Source: Babesia bigemina (Eukaryota). Taken from it: a stretch of 64,000 bases of DNA. Made by a program: the position numbers and the translations under genes. The notes under the pieces were generated by a model. The model did not search any database. It worked only from the letters and a program-made list of their open reading frames with translations, and was not told the DNA's origin. Shown one piece after another: positions 35,001 to 44,717 of the stretch (positions are counted from its first letter, which is position 1; every line of letters begins with the position of its first letter). The stretch covers positions 248,001 through 312,000 of the forward strand of contig NC_027216.1 of the NCBI RefSeq assembly GCF_000981445.1. Direction: 5' to 3'.

Positions 35001-38000
35001 GTTCGCAGTGCACCGTTTGAACCATGAGACGATCCAGATTCGACGCTTCCAACACAATCCGTAGTTTTAAGAGCCACCACAATGGTGCCTGTGTCAATGA
35101 ATCGCATGGTCTTCAACAGCGCCCAACCCGGAACCCTGGAAATCACACGCACAGTTGATCTGCAGAGCGACGTCAACGCGACGAAAAACGATCTGACAGT
35201 CATGAGGAGATGCAGCGGGTCCAAGGGGCACCATAATTGCGCAAACAGCAGGTGGGAAACGCATTGCTCATAGATGCTGCGGATACCCTCCAGGCAGTCG
35301 TCGATCGCGTCAACGGTCTTGCCTATGACTCTGTTGTAGACACTGGAAGCGCGTTCGTGCTCAGTCGTGGATAGGGCAACAGCTTGTGACGAACTATTGA
35401 TGTCCGACGACTTTTGCGGTGTCAAGCTCTGCCGCAGTGCGGAGGAGAGATTGTGCAGTTTGACGCCCAAACAGCGCACAACGCCCGTGAAAATGTAGAT
35501 CCAATTCAGGATCTCAATGTCAGCGATGCTTGAGAACTTGGCCTTCTGGCACCTCCCACAAAAGCCGAAGGAGCCTGCACCACCGAAGGCAGCGCCCACA
35601 CCATCTAAAAGCAGGGGGTGCAAGTAAAGGCCGAAAGCGTTGCGCTCCTCGAACAACTGCATGAGATGCTGCATCGATTTCATCACGAATTCAGATGACC
35701 ATTGGTTGCGGTTGTCCAGTTTCCGGCTGCTGGAGTTGCCGCCCAACTCGCATCTGCACGGCAACACGTCCTCCAGTCGTACGGTGGAGGCGCACGCAAC
35801 AAAGCGAGAGCGTAGACACGCCTTGAGCATCTTAAATAGGTTTCGCAGCGCCAAGCCAAGCATCGACGAACGGTCCTTCAGATAGAGCATGTCCATCTCC
35901 TGCTCGTCGTAGGGTTCCCAGTTGAAGTCAGGCGTGGGTGGGCGTGGAGAAGCGGGGCCCCTAGGCGTATCCCGACAGACGGCATCAGAAGATTCAAAAT
36001 TCGTGTCCAAATCAACATCAGAATAGTCTTCAAACACCTTTAACAGTTTGCTAGAGACCTGAAGTAAACGCCGATTGTGGAGGCTCATGCCCGCCGAGCT
36101 TAGGGGCATGAAACCCATCCCGCAATTCAAAAGCTGGGAGTCGAACCAAGCGCCGATTTGGTAGTTCGTGATGTCCTCCACTTGCATGTACAGAGTGAAC
36201 CGTTCAGCCCGCAAAGAGAAATCGTGACCGCCGAACAGGTTGTGGCCACACCTCGACGTGTAACACCGGTTGTAGAGCAATAGGTGCACAAACCGGCCGA
36301 ATGTTAAGTCGTTGACGGGCAGAATATCAGCCTTCCCGCATGACCGGCAATGCGTGTGGATGAAAAAGGTGCAACCGCTTTCTGCCGGTCGCAGGCCAGT
36401 ATCGCGGTTGTCCACTAACACTCTAAGGCGTTTATGCTGCACTGGGGCGACAGCGTTCGACGTTTCGAGGTGCATGACATGTCTGGAAAGTTGTTCAGAG
36501 CAGCTTTCAGACGACAGGCAGTTGTCCCTACGCAGATGGCGGGCGTAGGCGAGCACGAAGTCGCTCACGAAGGACCCGGCAGTATACCTGCCGACTGGCA
36601 CCGTTCTGCGGGTGACGCTGCCGCATATTTCGCTGAACTTGGTGAAGTACTCGAAGCAGTGCAAAATCGATTGCTCCTTGAGGTTACCGCCAGGGTCGCC
36701 CTGGTCCTCTACCGCAGTAGGCAGCACGAGAACCCCAAGCAGGTGCTGTGATAACCAATCTGAAAAATGGAGATGCACCTGATGACCGTTGATTCGCCTG
36801 TGACTATCCCATTTGAAAATGTCAATACGCTGTGATCCGCGCACGATGTCCCGAAAGCGCTTTGAACGGCACTTTGGGTTCCGCCGCGAATAAACCACAG
36901 ACCCCGTCAGGGTGGATCTCGGCGTCGGATTGGAATCACCGGCGCTAATGACAGAGCACGGAGAACGGACATACGATAACGAGTTGCGTCTCTGCAAAGT
37001 GGGCTCTGCTCCCATGGAAATGCTGGACCTGCGTGACAGAATGCCACGGGCCGATTCGAGGTGAAAACATGTCGCGTTACCGACGTCCAAACTCCCTCCC
37101 AAGTCCTTCACGAACATGAGCTCCTCGAACACACCCTGCAGACGAAACAGCGCTGTGCTGAACAGCTCCTTTAATCGGATCGAATTGGCCCAGGTGAGGC
37201 GGGACGTGGAGTACAGGATGGTGCATCCATGGAAATTGGCGTTGACTGATATCGCTGCCACGCTTTCGCCACTTTTCTGGACGAACTGGAAGCTATCGAT
37301 ACGCCCCACGTGCTTCGAAATTTCGAAGCATTTGTCAAGGCTGTCAACCAAGGGCCTTGCCAGCGCCAAGGCCAGCTGGGATAGCACATCAAAATCCACG
37401 TTGCTCACACAACTGATACCCCTCATGTGGAACTTCTGGCTTATCTCTGCAGACATGGAACCGCTGCAGAGCACCAATTTAACGCCGGCGCTGCACAAGC
37501 GCTCCACCTGCACGTCAACACAGCCCAGTACCCCCCCAAAATCACGTATGTCATTGTACTCTAGCGACAAGTCGGTCACCGTTCTTGATAGCAGCGATTT
37601 CAGGAGCAATACGTCGCAACCTTCGAGGTTGCGGCACATCCTCGGGTGGGCTAGGTGGCCCCTGAAGCAGATGCCAGGGAAGACCGCGAACCCGTGACGC
37701 CCCTCGATATTGAGGGCGGTATGCAACGTCGGCGGCACTTGCAGCACCTTGACCACTTCGTCGATGTCGCGGTGGACATGTTGGAGCTTGGCCCGGAACA
37801 CGCATCGTAGGAGCAGCGAAGACAGGTGGTCAAGGTAGGCACGACCCAAATGCAAACCACCATTGTCGTGCCTGAGATTGCGCTTGATGTACTTCTCAAC
37901 GAGCTGTAGCAGCTCCGTATGCCAGTACGTGCACCCGTCCCCGAACACCGCACCGTGCCATGAGGTGTCTGGTTCGGAAGGGCCAGACTCGTGCTCTTCA

Positions 38001-38212
38001 TGGTCGATGCGGCGTGGATCCGAGTCGCGACTTCTCTTACTGCCGTGTTTTAGCACGCGGTTTCTCCGCCTAGTTGCATATGCGGTAGCTTGGGGCCGAG
38101 TGGCCTTCTTTTGACACGATGGGTGATTCCGACGGCGACTACATTTCAACTGCATGCATAAACCATCCTCGAAGGCACTGACGTAACATGAATACCTCAG
38201 GCTACCTTGCAT
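32096..38212 (-). CDS. PIKFYVE: PIKfyve/Fab1-type phosphatidylinositol-3-phosphate 5-kinase; 5' exon structure uncertain
   Basis: Cpn60/TCP1-like region (FPGICFRGHLAHPRMCRNLE..DVLLLK), Cys-rich region (TFGRFVHLLLY...CGH), and PIP kinase domain SGGKSGA, DLKG, DYSLL, GIIDYLRPYTWDKQIE. Confidence 0.9.
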   Translation of the reverse strand: MQGSLRYSCYVSAFEDGLCMQLKCSRRRNHPSCQKKATRPQATAYATRRRNRVLKHGSKRSRDSDPRRIDHEEHESGPSEPDTSWHGAVFGDGCTYWHTELLQLVEKYIKRNLRHDNGGLHLGRAYLDHLSSLLLRCVFRAKLQHVHRDIDEVVKVLQVPPTLHTALNIEGRHGFAVFPGICFRGHLAHPRMCRNLEGCDVLLLKSLLSRTVTDLSLEYNDIRDFGGVLGCVDVQVERLCSAGVKLVLCSGSMSAEISQKFHMRGISCVSNVDFDVLSQLALALARPLVDSLDKCFEISKHVGRIDSFQFVQKSGESVAAISVNANFHGCTILYSTSRLTWANSIRLKELFSTALFRLQGVFEELMFVKDLGGSLDVGNATCFHLESARGILSRRSSISMGAEPTLQRRNSLSYVRSPCSVISAGDSNPTPRSTLTGSVVYSRRNPKCRSKRFRDIVRGSQRIDIFKWDSHRRINGHQVHLHFSDWLSQHLLGVLVLPTAVEDQGDPGGNLKEQSILHCFEYFTKFSEICGSVTRRTVPVGRYTAGSFVSDFVLAYARHLRRDNCLSSESCSEQLSRHVMHLETSNAVAPVQHKRLRVLVDNRDTGLRPAESGCTFFIHTHCRSCGKADILPVNDLTFGRFVHLLLYNRCYTSRCGHNLFGGHDFSLRAERFTLYMQVEDITNYQIGAWFDSQLLNCGMGFMPLSSAGMSLHNRRLLQVSSKLLKVFEDYSDVDLDTNFESSDAVCRDTPRGPASPRPPTPDFNWEPYDEQEMDMLYLKDRSSMLGLALRNLFKMLKACLRSRFVACASTVRLEDVLPCRCELGGNSSSRKLDNRNQWSSEFVMKSMQHLMQLFEERNAFGLYLHPLLLDGVGAAFGGAGSFGFCGRCQKAKFSSIADIEILNWIYIFTGVVRCLGVKLHNLSSALRQSLTPQKSSDINSSSQAVALSTTEHERASSVYNRVIGKTVDAIDDCLEGIRSIYEQCVSHLLFAQLWCPLDPLHLLMTVRSFFVALTSLCRSTVRVISRVPGWALLKTMRFIDTGTIVVALKTTDCVGSVESGSSHGSNGALRTQSAGNDESETRKGVGVNGQSGGEANGGPSTTGTDDHNEVHHEVCDSDPSRPHIVRHGEGATQSYASARLTHGGDPPDPHRHIKDGFYTVWGAQIRPQRLVQSSGNQQMRDADEPSVNALSGSGVATSCTDANRNYTLPHFIHYALNTSITAGFVGQSDEWFGSPSSLWHMLSRMRIGCPKRMSSVVSLSYGIVHNLRRDVCNVISAAIMSPEYLEQCSSHFQGPVSANLCSMGKCLLNYCKNQNYSIMANISCGPHRDDIFGVSVEGSHSAVSAQANRRHGGLLMDSLVLRYLKRHSHLISFLVNSADCAVRLREIEMDGALVVRRWDDLHSSLPSSPWCSMAGSASELSCANLLCFWKSLRVIGDDPLLCVSKDSASVFCPITRPCYGTPIVCCSNRLSRYQWSKHEKVFGQVPVMDHAIKLLRGNMASKRDVLRTVVDWTCRQLESACYQRSRTHAMVAYVESQVGFICNREFCRVQVTGDAELPLAAFTVEPFAPGGYTPCSPFFQESPCIGLSPGRQYFTLSSFSSRDGDYVGLIRGTSAVEPVVPMPAAKVGGAFERHRVPAGKDLSRCTFITLTSAHTNCDVTLHYPEAFHSLRHLSCGDDTSFARSLCRSSRLRCSGGKSGAPLFVSHDGKFILKLLNKYEFQLFVDSGARFFEHVLGGGTLLSIPLGLFSIRYRSSGNTVRCLVMQNVDHVLLSHKLTFDLKGISFKRCVNLSPNKHSSTAFTASGRPTLLYDNTSEESADVPNQVVLLDQNFKDFTNGCPIRLEESSLLRILDFVQRDLTFLSQLDVVDYSLLLRLYPAEGVVVLGIIDYLRPYTWDKQIETIGKKLANIAIGQEPTIVSPVEYRSRFMRFFSRIFWLSPEVEERAPTPVRVPKPVRRAPPVCRCTVCAALASLYTTPYVTSLSHYMLGTSPLAKRYLRSLIASSTPCMSTAEAAYELAKLLRTIYDDAVLDVRYSSV

Positions 38213-39026
38213 TCTCGATTAGACTCATCGTACCCCGTAGAAGCGTGCCGCGTTGCAAATGCGCTTATTACGGGTGACAAGGGAGCACTCGGCACCGACG
38301 AATCGTTCTCGGCGGTTGTCAGAAGGCACATCTGGCGCCAACCACGCACTCCTTTAACTCATACGCGCAACCATAAACACCCTGGCATTAGTATTGGCAG
38401 TACAAAAGCCGCAGAGGCGTCATTTGCGCAGGTTAAGCGCGTGGAAGACAGACGAGACACGCCGCAACTGCATGGAGTGGCCGAGGCCAATTTCGCGCCA
38501 TACCGCATTTAACGGTCATTGACTGCTTAAATTGGCGAGGTGTATTAGCCGGAGCCGCTCTGTGCGGTATTGAGGGAGATTTTGAGGCGAATCGTGCTCC
38601 CCATCCACGGAAGGAGTGTCGACCAGGGTCGTGGGACATCGACAGGCCTGCCTTCGTTCGGCTTTCAGTGGAATTATGCTGCGCTATAACGACGCAATAT
38701 AGAGCGCTCCTCAGAGTGTGGGAGCGGACTAGTTATCGCCATGTATGTCGACACACCAAGGAGCGCTAAAGATGTTCTGCGATTTCTGATAAAGCCGGTG
38801 AACGCACACGTGCCCCTGATGCGTGTGTGATTTTTCGCGGAGCTACTCAGGAGACGTTGGAGGTGTGTTGGTTACCGGTGGTTGCTCGATAGGATTCCCC
38901 GGTTGTTGACGTGAAGCACTGACTTCTCGACCGTATTCGCTCGCATTCCGGTGTGTGAGCAAGAGATCTCGCCATATCTCAGCACGACGTGCTCTGCAAT
39001 TAACGGAAAACACGAAACCAGACGAG

Positions 39027-40205
39027 ATGGCCGACGAAACCCTGGCGTTGGTGGTAGACAGTGGATCTTACAACATCAAGGTCGGCTACTCCGGCGCTGA
39101 TGCGCCGCTCAGCACGTTCAGGTCGGTCGTGGCGTGTAAGTTGTCGTTCGCACGTTGGCATGCGCTGCAGACCGCCAAGGGGCGGAGCTCATCCTCGGGG
39201 ACGCCGCGCTGCAGGAGGCCGATTCGAGGGCCATCCTGCATCCGATCCAGCATGGCATCGTCCGCAACTGGTAAGTCCCCAGCTTCAGCGTCAACTGCTC
39301 ATCGTGGTCGCAGGGCGCTGGCCGAGCGCCTGTGGATGCACGCGTTCCAGAACGAGCTCAAGGTCTCGCAGCGGGAGCACCCGGTGCTGCTCGCGGAGCC
39401 GCCACTCAACCCCAAGCTGCACCGAGAGCGGTGCTGCCAGCTCTTTTTCGAGGCCTTCGACGTCCCGGGCCTGTACATGGCCCCCACCTCGCTGCTCGCG
39501 CTCTACGGGTCGTCCAAGACCACCGGGCTGGTGCTCGACGTCGGGGAGGGCGTCGCGCATGCCGTGCCGATCAACGAGGGCACCATCGTGCCCCACGCAA
39601 TCGGCAGGCTGGACGTGGGCGGCTACGATGTGACCTCTTTCTTCCTGGCCAGCATTGACGCCTTGGACCGGCACAAGCTGCGGGACCGATACATCGCAAA
39701 CCAAATCAAGGAGCAGTGCGGCTACGTTGCCATCGACTACGAGAACGAGCTGAAAACGGCGGAGAAGCAGCCGGAGCAGTATTCCAAGCGCTTCACGCTG
39801 CCCGACGGAAGCACCATATCGACCGGGACGGCGTGCTTCCGCTGCCCCGAGATGCTGTTCTCGCCCGAGGTGGCGGGGAGCAATGCGCCCACGCTGGCTG
39901 AGGTTGTGTACCACACCGTGCGGAGCTGCGAGCCCGACATGCACAAGACCATGTTCAGCAGCATCCTCCTGACGGGCGGCAGCACGCTCTTCCCGGGGTT
40001 CCTGGAGCGGTGCGAGAAGGACATCAGGGCGGCCACGAACGACAACGCGCCCGTCAAGATCGCCGGCAGCATCAAGAACAGGTCCACCGCCGTCTGGGTC
40101 GGCGGCTCCATCGTCGCCTCCCTGCAAAGCTTCCAGCAGATGTGGGTCACCAAGGCGGAGTACGACGAGTCGGGGCCCACGGTGATTCACCGCAAGTGCT
40201 TCTAA
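39027..40205 (+). CDS. Divergent actin-related/actin-like protein (ARP1/ALP-like), 3 exons
   Basis: LVVDSGSYNIKVGY, HPIQHGIVRNW, EHPVLLAEPPLNPK, LDVGEG, LTGGSTLFPG, VWVGGSI and C-terminal IHRKCF. Introns 39136-39170 and 39271-39313. Confidence 0.9.
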   Translation: MADETLALVVDSGSYNIKVGYSGADAPLSTFRSVVACKLSFARWHALQTAKGRSSSSGTPRCRRPIRGPSCIRSSMASSATGKSPASASTAHRGRRALAERLWMHAFQNELKVSQREHPVLLAEPPLNPKLHRERCCQLFFEAFDVPGLYMAPTSLLALYGSSKTTGLVLDVGEGVAHAVPINEGTIVPHAIGRLDVGGYDVTSFFLASIDALDRHKLRDRYIANQIKEQCGYVAIDYENELKTAEKQPEQYSKRFTLPDGSTISTGTACFRCPEMLFSPEVAGSNAPTLAEVVYHTVRSCEPDMHKTMFSSILLTGGSTLFPGFLERCEKDIRAATNDNAPVKIAGSIKNRSTAVWVGGSIVASLQSFQQMWVTKAEYDESGPTVIHRKCF

Positions 40206-40222
40206 GAACACAACATTAATGA

Positions 40223-41338
40223 CTACATACGAGTGTTTTGGTACTTTTTGAAGACGCCCGCGACCAGCAGCGGGAACACCAGCGAGGCGTCGGCGTGCAC
40301 CTTCACGGGGTTGGTGTGGGCCTTAATCTTGCCCCAGGAGACGGCCTCGTCGGGGTTCGCGCCGGAGTCCGACCCGTCGAACTCCTGCGCAGTGGAGATG
40401 TACACCGCGAAGTCGGCGCCGTTGCGCATCAGGTTCGCGTTGCAGACGTGGTGCTTCGCAAGGCCGCCTCCCAGGATGATGATGCCGGACTTGCGCGCGT
40501 TCACCGACAGGTCGTTCACCAGACGGATGTCGCGGACCACGTCGATGCGCAGCGTGGTGGGATCGCTGCGCCGGTAGGTGTGGAAGTACAGGTTGTCCCC
40601 GATGGACCCGTCGGTGATGCCGGGGCAGAACACGGGGATCTTGTTCTTGTGGCACCAATAGCAGAACGAGGTTTCATCGTTGATCTCCTTGCCGAGGTAG
40701 TCGATGAACATGGACGGCGTCCAGTTGACGCCCTCCTCCTCCTGCTGCCGGTGCATCTCGTCCAGCCGGGGCTGGATCCAGTCCTCGAACGCGCAGTAGT
40801 TGTCGTTGGGGATGAACAGGTTACCGATACGGTTCAAGCCGCGCTCGCGCATCGTGGCGCCGTCCATGTTGAACCTTCCGATGTAGGTTTTGCCCATGCA
40901 CTTGATCAGGTCCTCCTCCACGCCGCCGCCGCTGGTCACCACCACGTCGATCATCTTGTGCTTCGCCAGGTACACGAACGCCTCGCGCAGCCCGCACGAA
41001 ATCATGTTGGACGTGAACGCTAGCCAGATGGTGCACTTGGTGTTCTTGCGGACCTCGGGGTCCTCGTACTTGGTGCCCACCTCATCCTCAGACACGGGGT
41101 CGTCGCTGAGCCGGAACTTCAACATGCGATCGATCATCTCGGCGGCCTGCCCGAGGTGGGTGGCCTGGAACCCGAAGTTCTTGTACACGCGCAGAAGGTG
41201 CTCGATCTCCACGTCGCCGTCGTAGTTCAGGCCGTCGACGAACGCGGTGCAGTCCTCCGGCAGCTGCGAGGCCTGCAGCACGGCCTTCGCCACCACCTCG
41301 GGGATGGCGCCGCACGAAGATTTTTGCTCAGACGTCAT
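40223..41338 (-). CDS. DHPS: Deoxyhypusine synthase
   Basis: GFQATHLG, FTSNMISCGLRE, GGVEEDLIKC, NRIGNL, TDGSIGD and DGSDSGANPDEAVSWGK with the catalytic Lys. Confidence 0.97.
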   Translation of the reverse strand: MTSEQKSSCGAIPEVVAKAVLQASQLPEDCTAFVDGLNYDGDVEIEHLLRVYKNFGFQATHLGQAAEMIDRMLKFRLSDDPVSEDEVGTKYEDPEVRKNTKCTIWLAFTSNMISCGLREAFVYLAKHKMIDVVVTSGGGVEEDLIKCMGKTYIGRFNMDGATMRERGLNRIGNLFIPNDNYCAFEDWIQPRLDEMHRQQEEEGVNWTPSMFIDYLGKEINDETSFCYWCHKNKIPVFCPGITDGSIGDNLYFHTYRRSDPTTLRIDVVRDIRLVNDLSVNARKSGIIILGGGLAKHHVCNANLMRNGADFAVYISTAQEFDGSDSGANPDEAVSWGKIKAHTNPVKVHADASLVFPLLVAGVFKKYQNTRM

Positions 41339-41873
41339 TGTGCTCCAACCGACTCTTGGCGCTGATCAGGGCGGCAGCATACTCAAAGGACGCCTCCGAT
41401 GGCAGGTCCCGGCGCAACCAGGGAGCGTAGAAATGCCGGGGGATGACGGCAGACACGAAATCAGGCGTGTATTATAGCAAGTACAATACACAGCCAACAC
41501 ACTATAGCAGCGGCGGCGCTAACAACTCGACGGATAATTTCAACAGCCCCGCTACTCTACCGCCAGACACCGGCACCACTCCCACACAGGTCAGCTTTAT
41601 GGAGTCCTGGGCGCCTCACACATCGTCTGTCAGATAATTGATGAGCCTTATAGTTGCAGTCTGGAGCGCCGTAGTGGCGCTGTGGTTGCCAAGCAGAATC
41701 ACGGTATGTGTAGCGCTGATGTCCGTGACAAAACACACAATAGCGAGCCTTCTGAGTATCAATCGCCATTTATAGCGGTGTAGTGGCACATTCGGTGCTG
41801 ACATTGGCGCGAATCGGTGATGTGAGGGTGGCCGCGTTTATGCACCTCCCGCCGCCTAGCAACCGACAACGAC

Positions 41874-44714
41874 ATGGCGTCTTTCGAACTGGCGGTGACC
41901 TTCCTCGCCAGGAAGCTGCAGTTTAGCGCGCATGAGTGCGGTCAAAATGTGATTGTCGCGCCGGCGCAGACATTTAAAAAGTATCGCATCGAGCATGGCT
42001 CCACAGTGCTGCTGTCAGACACAAGTGGCGGCCGGGTGGTTTGCGCTCAGCTGCGCAACGCCGTGGAGCACGGGATGGAGTATTCGTTCCTCAAGGCCCC
42101 CAAGATGCTCGCGTCGGAAGAGCTTATACTAAGCCTGGGCGCAGCTGCGAATACGCCAATAACCCTAAGGCTTTCGCCCTGCGAGCAGGTGCCCGTGGCG
42201 AAAAGCGTGACCATGACGTACATGGAACACTTCGATAGCAAGCTGGCTTGCTGGAAGGTACCTAGTACTCAAGAGGAAGACGCTATCGATGCGAGCGGCG
42301 GCAAATCCGGCGCTGCATTCCATCGCAAATATATGGACTGGAGCCACTCCGATAGTGCGGGGGACAACGCGTTCCCAACCGCCAGGTGGTGGTACTCCTT
42401 TCTGAAGGGGGACATGAACCGTATGGCGCAGATGAGTGTCTTGGGTGGCGCTTTTGCACAAGGGAACGTGGTGGCGCTCAACTTGAAAGGAGTGCTTGCA
42501 AGGTTCAAGGTGGCCGACATAGCCAACGATGACAAGAAAAGGGGGGGGAGGGTCGGCAGGGTCACCGAAAGCACCCAGCTGGCGTTAAAGCTGCCCAGGA
42601 ACGAGCGTTTATCGCAGCCGACGCGCGCCCTACAGCAGACGCAGAGGCTGGAGGGGCTCCGGGAGCCCCTGGACACGCTGAGGAAGCATGTGGTGTACCC
42701 CTTGGTCTACAGCGAAAAATACGCTGCCATGGGTATATTCCCGCCGACAGGGGTTATCCTGCACGGCCCGCCGGGATGCGGAAAGACGATGATCGCGAAG
42801 GCGATGCGCGAAGGGTTCGGCGAGCTTTTCGGCATCGCGGAGCACGTGGACGTGGAGGTCAAGCTGGTGCAATCCAGCGACCTCATCAGCTCGGTGGTAG
42901 CCCGGACTGAAGAGAACATAGCGGACCTGTTCAGGTCGTGCGAGAAAGCGGCCAGGGAAAAACCCTGTATATGCTTCATTGATGAAATTGACGTGCTGTG
43001 CCGCAAAAGGGACGGGTCCACGGAGTTCAACATGCGGAATGTGACGACCTTTCTCAACCACATGGACGGTGTGGGATCGCAAACTAATGCGCACTCGCGC
43101 GGCAGGAACTACGTCATCATAGGAGCGACGAACGATGTGGACTCGATGGACGCTGCTCTCAGGAGGCCGGGCAGGTTTGACCTGGAGATAGAGGTCGGGG
43201 TGCCTAACTCAGCGGATAGGCTGGCGATACTGAAATCGATGCTCAAAGATATACACCACAACCTCGAAGAGAAGGATATACTGCATGTCAATGACTACTG
43301 CCAGGCGTTTGTCGGTGCCGACCTCAAGCAGCTGGTGGCGAACGCCTCTTGGGCGAGGTTGAACAAAACCCAAAATCAACGTGGAAGCACTGAAAGCGTT
43401 GATGGTAGTGATGATGGTGGTAGCAAGACTGCTGGTGACGGCGTTGATGGTGGTAGCAAGACTGCTGGTGATGATGGCGTTGATGGTGGTGGCAAGGCTG
43501 GTGGTGATGCCGTTGATGTTGGTAGCAAGGCTGGTGGTGATGCCGTTGATGTTGGTAGCAAGGCTGGTGATGATGGCGTTGATGGTGGTAGCAAGGCTGG
43601 TGATGATGGCGTTGATGGTGGTAGCAAGACTGCTGGTGACGGCGCTGGTGATAGCGATGATTCAGGAGCGGTACGCGACGAGCCTTTGCAAGAAGACCTT
43701 AAGGGGGCTGAAGTCCCGCACTGCGTCACCCTGGAGGATTTCAAGGAGGCGCTCAACATCACCCGCCCTTCAGCGCTCAGGGAGCTCTACGTGCAGATCG
43801 CCAATGTTAGGTGGGATGACATTGGCGGTTACGACGACGTCAAGAGGATACTCAAAGAGTGCGTTGAGTACCCGCGGACGTACAGCGAGGCGTACGAAAA
43901 GATGCGTGTTCAGACACCCAGGGGCGTCCTCCTCTACGGGCCGCCGGGGTGCTCCAAAACCCTCATGGCCAAGGCCGTGGCGACCGAGAGCCACATGAAC
44001 TTCATATCGGTTAAAGGCCCCGAACTGTTTTCGAAGTGGGTGGGGGAGTCGGAACGAGCTATCCGGCAACTCTTCCGGAGGGCCCGCACGAATGCACCCT
44101 GCGTCATATTTTTTGACGAGATGGACTCCATATCGTTCAGCAGGGAGCTTTCCGATTCCGGAGGCGTGAGTAGCCGCGTGCTCAGCCAGCTACTCAACGA
44201 AATGGACGGCATTAATTCACTGAAGCAGGTGCTGGTCATCGGGGCCACCAACAGGCCGGACCTCATGGACGCGGCACTGCTCAGACCAGGCAGGCTGGAC
44301 CGTCTCGTGTACATACCGCTGCCGGACGGCGAGGCGCGCAAACGCATTTTCAGCATTTACCTCAAGCGGCTGCCCACCGACGGGTTCGACATAGAGCGAC
44401 AGGCGGAAGAATTCGCTAAATGCACGGAGGGATACAGCGGCGCAGAAATCACGCTGGTTTGCAGAGAGAGTGCCATGGCAGCCCTCCGGGAGCTCATTAG
44501 TCGCGACGCGGAGGCGAAGGCAGCATCAGGCAGCCGCACCGACGATAAACGCGACGACAGCACACTGGAAAACGCCTTTGGAAATCTTAAGGTATCAAAA
44601 ATAGTGCCTGTCTCAGTTCGGCATGTGCGTGATGCCATCGCCCGCGTGAAACCGCGAACTAAGCCGGAGACCATACGGTTCTACGAGCAGTACAAGGCCA
44701 GGAACCCGTTCTAG
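41874..44714 (+). CDS. Double-ring AAA+ ATPase of the CDC48 family, AFG2/SPATA5/Drg1-like
   Basis: Two AAA modules: GPPGCGKT/FIDEID/RRPGRFD and GPPGCSKT/FFDEMD/LRPGRLD. The D2 Walker A GPPGCSKT and VKGPELFSKWVGESE are AFG2-like. Confidence 0.88.
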   Translation: MASFELAVTFLARKLQFSAHECGQNVIVAPAQTFKKYRIEHGSTVLLSDTSGGRVVCAQLRNAVEHGMEYSFLKAPKMLASEELILSLGAAANTPITLRLSPCEQVPVAKSVTMTYMEHFDSKLACWKVPSTQEEDAIDASGGKSGAAFHRKYMDWSHSDSAGDNAFPTARWWYSFLKGDMNRMAQMSVLGGAFAQGNVVALNLKGVLARFKVADIANDDKKRGGRVGRVTESTQLALKLPRNERLSQPTRALQQTQRLEGLREPLDTLRKHVVYPLVYSEKYAAMGIFPPTGVILHGPPGCGKTMIAKAMREGFGELFGIAEHVDVEVKLVQSSDLISSVVARTEENIADLFRSCEKAAREKPCICFIDEIDVLCRKRDGSTEFNMRNVTTFLNHMDGVGSQTNAHSRGRNYVIIGATNDVDSMDAALRRPGRFDLEIEVGVPNSADRLAILKSMLKDIHHNLEEKDILHVNDYCQAFVGADLKQLVANASWARLNKTQNQRGSTESVDGSDDGGSKTAGDGVDGGSKTAGDDGVDGGGKAGGDAVDVGSKAGGDAVDVGSKAGDDGVDGGSKAGDDGVDGGSKTAGDGAGDSDDSGAVRDEPLQEDLKGAEVPHCVTLEDFKEALNITRPSALRELYVQIANVRWDDIGGYDDVKRILKECVEYPRTYSEAYEKMRVQTPRGVLLYGPPGCSKTLMAKAVATESHMNFISVKGPELFSKWVGESERAIRQLFRRARTNAPCVIFFDEMDSISFSRELSDSGGVSSRVLSQLLNEMDGINSLKQVLVIGATNRPDLMDAALLRPGRLDRLVYIPLPDGEARKRIFSIYLKRLPTDGFDIERQAEEFAKCTEGYSGAEITLVCRESAMAALRELISRDAEAKAASGSRTDDKRDDSTLENAFGNLKVSKIVPVSVRHVRDAIARVKPRTKPETIRFYEQYKARNPF
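43412..43646 (+). repeat. In-frame 33-36 bp tandem repeat (G/A)VD(G/V)GSK(T)AG(D/G)D, about 7 copies, in the AAA ATPase
   Basis: Repeated gttgatggtggtagcaag(act)gctggtgat(gat) units. Confidence 0.93.
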
Positions 44715-44717
44715 GCA

